A stretch of 64,000 nucleotides of DNA, taken from Isurus oxyrinchus (lineage: Eukaryota). The stretch covers positions 195,796,001 to 195,860,000 of the forward strand of contig JANJGN010000004.1 in assembly GCA_026770705.1 (NCBI GenBank), in the 5' to 3' direction. Positions 1 to 10,609 of the stretch are shown piece after piece. The position numbers were made by a program, and so were the translations under genes. Every line of letters begins with the position of its first letter. Positions within the stretch are counted from its first letter, which is position 1. The notes under the pieces are model-generated. The model worked only from the letters and a program-made list of their open reading frames with translations, was not told the DNA's origin and did not search any database.

Positions 1-820
1 ATTGTGTCCATGCTGGCATGAAGCACCTATCTATCCTAACCCCATTTTCCAGCATTTGGCCTGTAGCCCTGTATGCTATGTCATTTCCAATGGTCATCTA
101 AATACTTCATAAATGTTGTGAGGGATTCTGCCTCTATCACCCCCTCAGGCAGTGTGTTCCAGATTCCAATCACCCTCTGGGTGAAACAATTTTTCCTCAA
201 ATCCCTTCTAAACCTCCTGCCCCTTACCTTAAATCTATGCCCCCTGGCTATTGGCACCTCCTCTAAGTGGAAAAGTTTCTTCCTATCTACTCTATCTATG
301 CCCCTCATAATTTTGTATACCTCTATCAGGTTCCACCCCTCAGCCTTCTCTGCTCTAAGGAAAACTACCCTAGCATATCCAGTCTCTCTTCATAGCTGAA
401 ACTCTCCAGCCCAGGCAACATCCTGGTGAATCTCCTCTGCACCCTCTCCAGTGCAATCACATCCTTCCTATAGTGTGGTGACCAGAACTGCACACAGTAC
501 TCCAGCTGTGGCCTAACTAGTGTTTTATACAGCTCCAACATAACCTCCCTGCTCTTATATTCTATGCCTCGGCTAACAAAGGCAAGAATCCCATATGCCT
601 TTGTAGCCACCTTACCTACCTGTGCTGCTGCCTTCAGGGATCTATCGACATGTACACCAAGGTCACTCTGATTCTCTGTACTTCCTAAGGCCCTACCATT
701 CATTGTGTATTCCCTTACTAGTTCGTCCTCCCAAAATGCATCATCTCACACTTCTCAGGATTAAATTCCATTCGCCACTGCTCTGCCCATCTTACCAGCC
801 CATCCGTATCATCCTGTAGC
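1..820 (-). mobile_element. CR1 LINE, 5'-truncated ORF2 RT C-terminal fragment
   Basis: Minus-strand ORFs 365-703 (LYKTLVRPQLEYCVQFWSPHYRKD...LERVQRRFTRML) and 81-308 (FTQRVIGIWNTLP) are typical CR1 ORF2 C-terminus, with frameshifts. Confidence 0.9.
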
Positions 821-1238
821 CCTCTGGTTCTCGATCCTTCCACCAATGGGAATAGTTTCTCCCTATCTACTTTGTCCAGACCCCGCATGATTTTTAACTG
901 CTCAATCAAATCTCTTCTCAACATTCTCTTCTCCAAGGAAAGGTCTCAACTTATTCAAAATATGCACGCAACTGAAGTTCCTTATCTGTGGAACTATTTT
1001 CATAAATCTTTTCTGTACTCTCAAATGCTTTCACAGCCTTCCTAAAGTGTGGTGCCCAGAACTGTACACAATACTTCAGCTGAGTCCAAACTAGTGACTT
1101 AGATAAGTTCAACATAACCTCCTTGCTCTTGTACTCTATGTCCCTTTTAATAAAGCCCAGGACTCCATATGTTTTATGAACTGCTCTCTCAACCTGTTCT
1201 GTCACCTTCCATGATTAATGCACACATACACCTAGGTC
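821..1238 (-). mobile_element. Older CR1 LINE fragment (left part, interrupted by younger CR1 insertions)
   Basis: ORF 951-1205 (LGFIKRDIEYKSKEVMLNL...YCVQFWAPHFRK). The sequence continues colinearly at ~4116. Confidence 0.8.
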
Positions 1239-1239
1239 T

Positions 1240-4115
1240 ATATGGAGTGTACTTTAGGCCAGTTAAGGCACAAGGGAGTTTGGCAAGGTTGGATGGTATT
1301 TATTTTAATGCAAGGAGTCTGACGAATAAGGCAGATGAGTTGAGGGCACAAGTTAACACATGAAAGTATGATGTCATTGCTGTCGCAGAGACATGGTTGA
1401 GAGAGGGGCAGGATTGGCAGCTCAATATTCCAAGATATAGGGTCTTCAGGCGAGACAGGGAGGAGGTAAAAGAGGAGGGGTATCGCAATATTGATCAAGG
1501 AATCAATTACAGCAGTAAGGAGGGATGACGTCTTAGAAGGCTCCTCAAATGAAGCCATATGGATAGAACTGAAAAACAAAAAAGGAGTAATCACATTGCT
1601 GGGAGTGTACTATAGGCCCCCAAACAGTCAGAGAAAAATAGAAAAGCAGATATGTAGGCAAATTTCAGAGAAGTATAAAAATAATAGGGTAGTAATAGGG
1701 GGATTTCAACTTCCCCAATATTAACTGAGTTAGTCATAGTGTGATAGGTTTAGAGGGAGCGGGATTCTTAAAATGCATCCAGGGGAACTTTTTAAGCCAG
1801 TACGTAGGTCCTACAAGAGAGGAGACGGTCCTGGACTTAACTTTAGGGAATGAAGCCGGGCAAGTGGGAGAGGTATCAGTGGGGGAGCATTTTGCAGATA
1901 GTGATCATAACTCCATTAGATTCAAGGTTGTTATGGAAAAGGACAAGGGTGGACCAGAAATCAGAGTTCTAAACTGGGGGAAGGCCAATTTTAATAAGAT
2001 CAGATATGATTTAGCCAGAGTGGACTGGGAGCAGCTATTTTTAGGTAAATCTGCATCAGAACAGTGGGACTCATTCAAGAAGGAAATATGGAGAGTACAG
2101 GGCCAACATATTCCAGTAAAGATAAAGGGTGGGACCAACAAATCCAGGGAACCCTGGATGTTGAGGGGTATACAGGATTGGAAAAAGGGAGGCTTATGGC
2201 AGATACCGAGGGCTCAAAACACCAGAAGCCCTAGAGGAGTACAGAATGTGTAGGGGGGAATTAAAAAGGAAATTAGGAGAGCAAAAAGGGGGCATGACAA
2301 AACACTGGTAACATAAAGGAAAATCCAAAGTTATTTTACAAGCATATTAAGATTAAGAGTAAGAGGATAACTAGGGAAAGAGTAGGGCCCATTAAAGACC
2401 ATAGTGGTAATTTGTGTGTGGAGCCGGAAGACGTAGGTAGGGTTCTAGATGAATACTTTGTGTCAGTGTTCACAAGTGAGAGGGACGACGTGGGTATAGA
2501 AATCAGGCAGAAGGACTGTGATATAATTGAAGGAATTAGCACAGAAAGGGAGGAGGCTCTAAGTGGTGTGGCAGGCTTAAAATGTATCCCAGGTGTTGAG
2601 TGAGGCAAAGGAGGAGGTAACAGGGGTGCTGGCAATAATTTTCAACACCTCTCCGGCCACAGGAGAGGTGGCAGAGGACGGGAGGACAGCCAATGTGGTC
2701 CTGTTATTCAAAAAGGGAGGAAGGGATAAACCAGGGAACTACAGGCCAGTCAGTTTAACCTCTGCTGTGGGGAAACTATTGGAAGCAATTCTGAGGGACA
2801 GAATTAATCGATACTTGGAGAGACAGGGATTAATCAAGGACAGTCAGCATGGTTTTGTTAAGGGGAGGTCATGTCTGACCAATTTGATTGAAATTTTTGA
2901 AGAGGTGACCAGGTGTGTAGATGAGGGCAATGCATTTGATGTAGTCTACTTGGCCTCAGCAAGGCTTTTGATAAGGTCCTGCATGGGAGACTGATAACGA
3001 AGGTAAGAGCCCATGGGATTCAAGTCAATTTGGCAAATTGGACCCAGAATTGGCTGAGTGGCAGGAAGCAGAGAGTGATGGTCGAGGGGTGTTTTTGTGA
3101 CTGGATGCCTGTGTCCAGTGGGGTTCCACAGGGATCGGTGTTGGGTCCCTTGCTGTTTGTGGTATATATAAACGATTTAGACTTAAATGTAGGAGGGTTG
3201 AACAGTGAATTCGCAGATGACACAAAAATTGGTGGGGTGGTAATTAGCGAGGAGGAAAGCTTTAGATTACAGGAAGATATAGACGGGCTGGTCAGATGGG
3301 CTGATCAATGGCAAATGGAATTTAATCTGGATAAGTGTGAGGTGATGCACTTGGGCAGGACAAACAAGGCATGGGAATACATGATGAATGGTAGAACCCT
3401 GGGAAGTACTGAGGATCAGAGGGACCTTGGGTGCATGTCCACCGGTCCCTTAAGGTAGTGGGACAGGTAGATAAGGTGGTTAAGAACACTTGCCTTTATT
3501 AGCTGAGGCATAGAATATAAGAGCAGGGAGGTTATGCTGGAACTGTATAAAACGCTGGTTAGACCACAGCTAGAGTATTACGTGCAGTACTGGAATCTGC
3601 ATTATCGGAAGGATGTGATTGCATTAGAGAAAGTGCAGAGGAGATTTACCAGGACGTTGCCTGGGCTGGAGAGTTTTAGTTATGAGGAGAGATTGGATAG
3701 GCTGGGGTTATTTTCCCTGGAGCAGAGGAGATCGAGGGGGACATGATTGAGGTGTATAAAATTATGGGGCATAGACAAGGTAGACAGGAAGAAATTTTTC
3801 CCTTTGGTGGAGGGATCAATAACCAGGGAGCATAGATTTAAGGAAAGGGGCAGGAGGTTTAGAGAGGATGTGAGGAAGAATCTTTTCACCCAGAGGGTGT
3901 TGGGAATCTGGAACTCACTGCCTGAAAGGGTGGTAGAGGCAGAAACCCTCATAACATTTAAGAAGTACTTGGATGTGCACTTGCGATGCCATGGCATACA
4001 AGGCTATGGGCTTAGTGCTGGCAAATGGGATTAGAATATTTAGATACTTGTTTGACTGGTGCAGGCTTGATGGGCCAAAGGGCCTTTTTCTGTGCTGTAG
4101 ACCCCTATGACTCTA
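1240..4115 (+). mobile_element. CR1 LINE with near-complete degenerate ORF2 (APE endonuclease + RT) and 3' end
   Basis: Endonuclease start YFNARSLTNKADEL, GVYYRPP and SDHN. RT motifs NYRPVSLTS, QHGFVKGRSCLTNL, SGVPQGSVLGPLLF and FADDTK. CR1-type 3' tail (ctatgactcta). Several frameshifts and stops. Confidence 0.95.
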
Positions 4116-4770
4116 CGTCCTTCTGCTCCTGCACCTCTGTTAGAATTGTGCCCTTTACTTTATATTGTCTCTCCATGTTCCTCCTACCAAACTGAATCAC
4201 TTCACATTTCTCTGCACTGACCTTCATCTGTCACCTGTCCACCCACTTGCCGATGTCCTTTAGAAGTTCTATACTACGCTCCTCACAGTTCACAATGCTT
4301 CCAAGTCTTGGCTCATCTGCAAACTTTGAAATTGTGCCCTGCACACAAGGTCTAGCTCATTAATATATATCAGGAAAGGGAAGGGTCCCAATACCGACCC
4401 CTGGGGAACTCCACCACAAACCTTCCTCCAGCCCAAAAAACATTCATTAACCATTACTGTTTTTATCCATGTTGCTCCTGTCCCTTTTATTCCGTGAGCT
4501 ATAACTTTGCTCACAAGTCTGTTGTGCAGCACTGTATCAAATGCCTTTTGGAAGTCCATATGCACCACATCAACAGCATTGCACTTATCAACACTGTAAC
4601 TTCTTCAAAAATCTCCAACAACTTAGTTAAACATGATGTTTCCCTTAAGGAGTCCATGTGGGCTTTCCTTAATTAGCCCATGTGAATATTAATTTTGTTC
4701 CGAATTATTGTTTCCAGATGTTTCCCACCGACGTTAAACTGACTGGCCTGTAGTTACTGGGTCTTATCTT
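4116..4770 (-). mobile_element. Older CR1 LINE fragment (right part of the element at 821-1238)
   Basis: ORF 4290-4568 contains DFQKAFD and GVPQGSVLGP; colinear with 821-1238. Confidence 0.85.
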
Positions 4771-4799
4771 TACACTCTTTTTCTAAAAAAAGGATTAAA

Positions 4800-5135
4800 G
4801 CAGAGAAGGTCAAATCTCCCCTTAATAGGGGAATTCAAAATCAGGAATGGTTTCAATAGTAAATAAGGCAGACACTGTTTCCTGTCAATGACAGGAGAGT
4901 CAACAACCAAAGGACACAAATTTAAAGTAATCGATTTAGTAAAACAAAGCAGGGTGATATGGAGAAGTTTTTATAAGCAGTGATTGAACTAGAGTGCACT
5001 GGAGTGAGCAAAGCCAGTTCAATAACTTGAAAAGAAAATAATTGTGCTAATATTGGGAAAGAGCAAGGGGTGTAGGAATAATTGATTAGCTCTTTCGGAG
5101 AACCAGCATAGGCATGCAGGGTCTCCTCCGTGCTG
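4800..5135 (+). mobile_element. Degenerate CR1 3' end
   Basis: Visible similarity to the 3' region of the CR1 at 3780-4110. Confidence 0.55.
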
Positions 5136-5284
5136 TGACTAGACATCAGCTCATGGTGGAAGAGCTTCTGTTCAACCACTGAAGAAATGGTTTCGTCAAG
5201 AGCTTTTGACAGATCACAACTCAGCCAGCTCCAACATCACTTCCAGGAATGGGACATGGGATGTCACTAGACTTGAAATGTTAA

Positions 5285-7292
5285 ACAAAAACAGAAAATG
5301 CTGGAAATGAGCAGGTCTAACAGCACCAGTGGAGAGGGAAAAAAACAGTTAATGTTTTGAGCCTGTATGGCTCTTCTTCAGAGCTAAAGAGAAGTTAAAA
5401 TGTGATGAAATTTATACTGTTTAAAGGGGGGTGGAGCAAGTGAAGCTGGCTAGGTGGAGTCAAAGGAGAGATTGACAAAGATGTCATGAACAAAAGGACA
5501 AAGGGGTGTCAATGATAGTGATAGGAGGTGCTGATGGTGGCATTAAGGTCAGGAAGCAGAATGTAATAATAGCAGGTCCAGGGTAAGCACTCTGAAAAGA
5601 ACAACATGAACAAGTGGCAGATGGCCCGAGTGGGGGTGGGTGGGGTGGGGGGAGGGAATGGTGGTGGGAAAAACATTGAAAATAGGATAAAAGGTGCGGA
5701 TAAAACAATGAATAAAAATGAAAATAAATAAAAATAAAAATGTGGATAAAAAATAAAAATTAAAAAAATTAAAAACTGAAAATGAATATTGAAAAAAAAG
5801 GGATAAAAAAGGGGGTGGGGCTGGAGGAGCGAGTTCATGATCTGACGTTGTTGAACTCAATATTCAGTCCGGAAGGCTGTAAAGTGCCTGGTTGGAAGAT
5901 GAGGTGCTGCTCCTCCAGTTTGCATTGAGCTTCACTGGAACAATGCACAAGCCAAGGACAGACATGTGGGCATGAGAGCAGGGTGGAGTGTTGAAATGGC
6001 AAGCGACAGGGAGGTCTGGGTCATGCTTGCGGACAGACCGAAGGTGTTCTGCAAAGCGGTCACCCAGTCTGTGTTTGGTCTCTCCAATGTAGAGGAGACT
6101 GCATTGGGAGCAACAAATGCAGTAGACAAAATTGAGGGAAGTGCAAGTGAAATGCTGCTTCACTTGAAAGGAGTGTTTGGGCCCTTGGACGGTGAGGAGA
6201 GGGGAAGTAAAGGGGCAGGTGTTGCACCTTCTGTGGTTGCATGGGAAGGTGCCGTAGGAGGGGGATGAAGTGTAGGAGTTGATGGAGGAGTGGACCAGGT
6301 TGTCCCGGAGGTAACAGGCCCTATGGAATGCCGACAGTGGTGGGGGGGGTGCAGGGGAGGGGGATGTAGGCAGGGAGAGTGAGAGAGGGAGAGAGGAGAA
6401 TGAAATGAATGGAAGATGTGTTTGGTGGTGGCATCATGCTGGAGTTGGTGGAAATCGTGGAGGATGATCCTTTGAATGCGGAGGCTGGTGGGATGAAAAG
6501 TGAGGACAAGGGGCACCCTAACATGGCTCTGGGAGGGAGAGGAAGGTGTGAGGGCAGGGGCATGGGAGATAGGCCGGATACGGTTGAGGGTCCTGTCAAC
6601 CAGTGGGTGGGAAACCTCATTTAAGGAAGAAGGAAGACATGTCAGAGGAACTGTTTTTGAAAGTGGCATCATCAGAACAGATGCGACGGAGACGAAGGAA
6701 CTGAGAGAATGGGATGGAGTCCTTGCAGGAAACGGGGTGTGAGGAGCTGTAGTTGAGGTAGCTGTGAGAGTCAGTAGGCTTGTAATGAATATTGGTGGAC
6801 TGTTTTTCACCAGAAATTGAGAAGTCAAGGAAGGGAAGTGCGGAGATGGACTATGTGAAGGTGATGGAGGGGTGGAAATTGGAAGCAAGATTAATAAATT
6901 TTTCCAGGTCCAGACAAGACCATGAAGTGGCACCGAAACAACCTCCGTGCTCACTTCTTTGAGCAGGAGTCCTCCCTCCGTTCTGCAGATCCTTTCACTC
7001 GCCTCCAGTATTCTCCCTCCACCTGGACCCCTCCCTCTGGTCCCTTACCTGCTCTTGATCTTTTCATTGAGAACTGTCCGTGTGATATCGGCCATCTCAA
7101 TTTCTCTGCTCCTCTCACCCACTCTAACCTGTCTCCTTCTGAACTTGCCGCACTCCATTCTCTCAGGTCCAACCCATTCTCTCAGTTCATTCGCCTCCGT
7201 CGCATCTGTTCCGATGATGCCACTTTCCAAAACAGTGCTCCTGACATGTCTTCCTTCACCGAGGTTTCCCACTCACTGTTGTTGAAATGTTA
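5285..7292 (-). mobile_element. Penelope-like retroelement (GIY-YIG endonuclease, RT C-terminal part, pLTR) with an inverted 5' segment
   Basis: ORF 5864-6163 reads VYCICCSQCSLLYIGETKHRLGDRFAEH (GIY-YIG). The pLTR at 5285-5400 has a hammerhead-like motif. 14-bp TSD ACTTGAAATGTTAA at 5271-5284 and 7293-7306. Confidence 0.9.
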
Positions 7293-7400
7293 ACTTGAAA
7301 TGTTAACTCTGTTTCTCTCTCCACAGATGCTACCAGACCTGCTGAGTTTTTCCAGCCCTGTTTTTATTTCATATCTCCAGCAGCTGCAGTATTTTGCTTT
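7293..7400 (+). repeat. Penelope-like pLTR copy (host of the 5285-7292 insertion; its left part is at ~5262-5284)
   Basis: gttaactctgtttctctctccacagatgctaccagacctgctgagtttttccag matches the pLTR consensus seen at 33580-33680, 54260-54330 and 63000-63066. Confidence 0.8.
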
Positions 7401-7969
7401 CCTTCTTTTTCAGCTTTTACCACTCGACTCACTATAGGTCAGTATTTTGACACTGCATCACTTCAACTCTAGCCCTACACCACAGGCGTCTGTGCTGCTC
7501 CAATTCTGGCTACTTGTTGATTGCCCACTCCCTCTGCCTCACGACCCTGAGCTGCCAAGGCCCCAAGTATTGAAAGACTCTCCCTAAATCTCCATCTTTG
7601 CTGTTCAGACATTCCTCAAAACTGACCACTAAGCTTTTGGTCACCCACTCCAACATCTACTTCTATAGAAATAGAAATTGAGTTTGATAACACTGTCATG
7701 AAGCATCGTGGAAGTATTTTATGACATTAAAGATGCTATATAAATACAAGCTGTTCCATCTTGGTCAGAATAGTCTCATATACAGATCTTGGGGCAATCT
7801 TAGAAACATTCTTGTAGCAAGAGAAATGGATCAAGTGCAGGTTGGTTGAAAGGGATGGGAACAATTAAAGCAGAGCCTCAAACTAGGACAAAAAAAATTC
7901 TTCCAGCCTCAGAGTAATCACAAACTACCAGCCGTTCCCAAGTGCTGAGGATTCAGTGTCAAAGAAATG

Positions 7970-8240
7970 GACACAGGAAATAGGAGTAGACCACACTACC
8001 CATTGAGCCTCCTCTGCCATTCAATACAATCATGGCTGATCTCTGACTTCAACCCGGGCATTTTCCTGCCTGCTCCCCATACTCCAAGACCCCGAAAATC
8101 TGCCTATCCCAGCCTTAAATTTACTCAATGATGGAGCATCCACAACCCTCTGGGGTAGAGAATTCCAAAGATTCACGATCCTTTGAGTGAAGTAATTTCT
8201 CTTCAACTCAGTCCTAAATGATCGGCCCTTTATCATGAGA
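7970..8240 (-). mobile_element. CR1 3' end fragment
   Basis: ORF 8030-8236 reads FTQRIVNLWNSLPQRVV. Confidence 0.8.
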
Positions 8241-8369
8241 CTGTGCCCCGGTTCCTATCCTCTACCAAAACCACCTATTACTCCAGAATCATTCTGTGGA
8301 TAATCCTGAGCTTTTTCCTTACCCCCCAACCACTCCCTCCACTTCAAACACAAGAATCTCAACAATGGG

Positions 8370-8920
8370 TTTCGTGGATTTACACCAAACTAGATTATAA
8401 AAACAAAGATCTTGCTAGAACTTTATAAGTCACTGATTAGACCTCAGCTAAGATATCATGAATAATTCTGGGCACCAACACTTCAGGGAAGATATAAAAG
8501 CTTTAAAAAGGGTTCAGGAGGTTTACAAGGAATGAAGGACTTCAGTTATGAGGAGAGGTTGGGCATGTACCTCCTTGGAGCTGAAAATGTTAAAAGATTT
8601 TTTCATTTTTTTGTAGAGCAGGGTTAGAAACTCTGCCTCTAGAAAATAGGTCAATAAGTGATGTCAGATTTTAAATAGCTGAAAGAAGATTTGGGGGTAG
8701 AGATTTTTTCCACACTTAGTTATTGGGATTTGGAATGTTCTATATGAAAAGTTGGAGGAATTGAATTTTATACATTTTTAAAGGAGGTGGACAGATACTG
8801 AAGGTGAGAATCTTGCAGGTCTCTGGGCAAAGGGCTGCAGAACTAAACATGATTCCTCCTTCAAAGGGCTAGCACAGGGCAAGATGGGCCAAAGTCTCCT
8901 GTGCTGTAAATTTGATTTCT
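8370..8920 (+). mobile_element. Degenerate CR1 3' fragment
   Basis: LYKSLIRPQL-like and FWAP-like coding remnants, followed by a CR1-type 3' UTR. Confidence 0.7.
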
Positions 8921-10109
8921 ACAAAGATAAACCATTCATATAGCTGTTTCTTCTCTTGTTCCCAAGCCATACTACCCCAATCCCTCTCCAAGGTCACAAT
9001 CACTACCCTGGTAGTCACATGATGCGATGATCATGGAGCTGTTGATTAATCACAGCTATTGATCTCTACAAACGAGTCTACAATAGACCCAGGCATAAGC
9101 AACACTGGTTTTACTCTGGGCAAAGCAAAATAGGTCAAAGGTAGACATGACCTCCTTCCTCTAGAATCCAAACCAAGCAGATCTCTGCCCCTTAACCTTC
9201 TCTTTCCATTCCATAAATTCTGTTGGCCTCAGTATGTTTTTTTGCAGAAGTGGATTTTGAGCGTCATCAGTCTTCTGGTCTCATCACTGCCAATCTCACA
9301 TTTACTCCCACCAACACCTCACAAGGAAAGAACACCCACCTGAATCCTTAACTCGCGCCACAGATGCTGCCTGATGCAATGAACCAACACAAAGTGACAT
9401 CGGCCCACCTTATGGGAACTGACACTGGGTGCCCTTTCCCCTTCACAGCCCAATACATGGGCAGTTACTTCAATTACCTTATCTACTTCCCTTCATTACA
9501 CATAATGATTACAACTGCCAGTTCCATGGTTAACTATCAGCTGGGCTTCATAATGAAAATTCAGATTAAGATCTCATCTTCCCAGAAACGATCAGGTTAA
9601 ATATTTACTGAAACGTTTTATCTATTAAAGTTTAGCCTGCAATGTTTACCTCTAGTGTGTCAGCCTGGCCTCAACATTTGCAAAGTATGACCTTTGAGTT
9701 TCGATTCGGGCTCTGCCACGTAGAGAAAGGGGATTGAGATGTAGCCTCAGTGTACCCAACACTGGAAATAAAGTGGTTCCAGGTTAGCTGGATTACCAAG
9801 TTTGTGGATAAACCCTTGACCACACCAATTGTATTAGCCTGCACCCTTCTTATGAAATTTGACTAATACCAGGATTAGCCAGAGGACCTGAAATATTCAG
9901 GGACAATCAGCAGCTTGCACATCAAAGCACACTACACAGATTGGTACATAACCTGGGTTCAGAAAGCACTTCAACTGGAGGACCCGAATGGGAAACAGCC
10001 ACCTCTGCCTGACCAGAGTTGGCAGTAATTGCCAGCACAGGAAACTTACCTCAGCAACTAACATTTCACTTCCCGCAGACTTAAAGGGATATGCCATTTT
10101 AAACATCTG

Positions 10110-10450
10110 CAATTGTCAATTCTAAACCAGAAGGCTGTAAAATTATCAAATCAAAAAGAGATGCAGAACATTAAGCTATTGTTGAATTTCACTGGAACAG
10201 AGCAGGAGACCGAGAACATATCTCAGAGTGGGACAAAAGAATCCGAATGGCAAGTGGCTGGCAGCTCAAGGTCATATTTGTGGACAGAAGGTGTTCAGCA
10301 TCTACGTTTGGTCTCCTGTGTAGGAGACTACACACCAAACTGAAAGTTTCACCTGGAAAGTCTCTCCGATACTGGATGGTAGAAATTGAGCAGAAAATCC
10401 ACCCTAGTCTCCACATTTGGTGGATTATGCACCGTTTCCAGTACAGTATT
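10110..10450 (-). mobile_element. Highly degenerate Penelope-like GIY-YIG fragment
   Basis: Visible similarity to 5858-6100 (cagaaggctgtaaa...ttcactggaaca...tttggtctcc). Confidence 0.55.
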
Positions 10451-10609
10451 ACTAAACATTTTTGCCTTATAGTATTCTGGAAGTGATTCCCTGCAAAAGC
10501 CTCAATTCATTCTTGAATGACACATGCTGCTTCCTGCCCTCCCTCCTGATCAAGTGCAGGAGATACAATTTTTTCCACCCCACCCAAGGTCTCTATACTT
10601 CTTCCAGGT

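Noticed and set aside
5640-5825. Strongly A-rich/G-rich low-complexity tract giving Phe-rich ORFs
   Set aside because: It is the 3' UTR of the Penelope-like element; the same tract occurs at 33200-33340 and 53890-54020.
6160-6954. 264-aa Ser/Pro-rich ORF
   Set aside because: Off-frame or frameshifted reading of the Penelope RT/linker region, not an independent gene.
10050-10106. 57-nt exon-like segment with a strong GTAAGT donor
   Set aside because: No recognisable peptide and a weak acceptor. Mentioned only as part of the 8.9-10.1 kb island.
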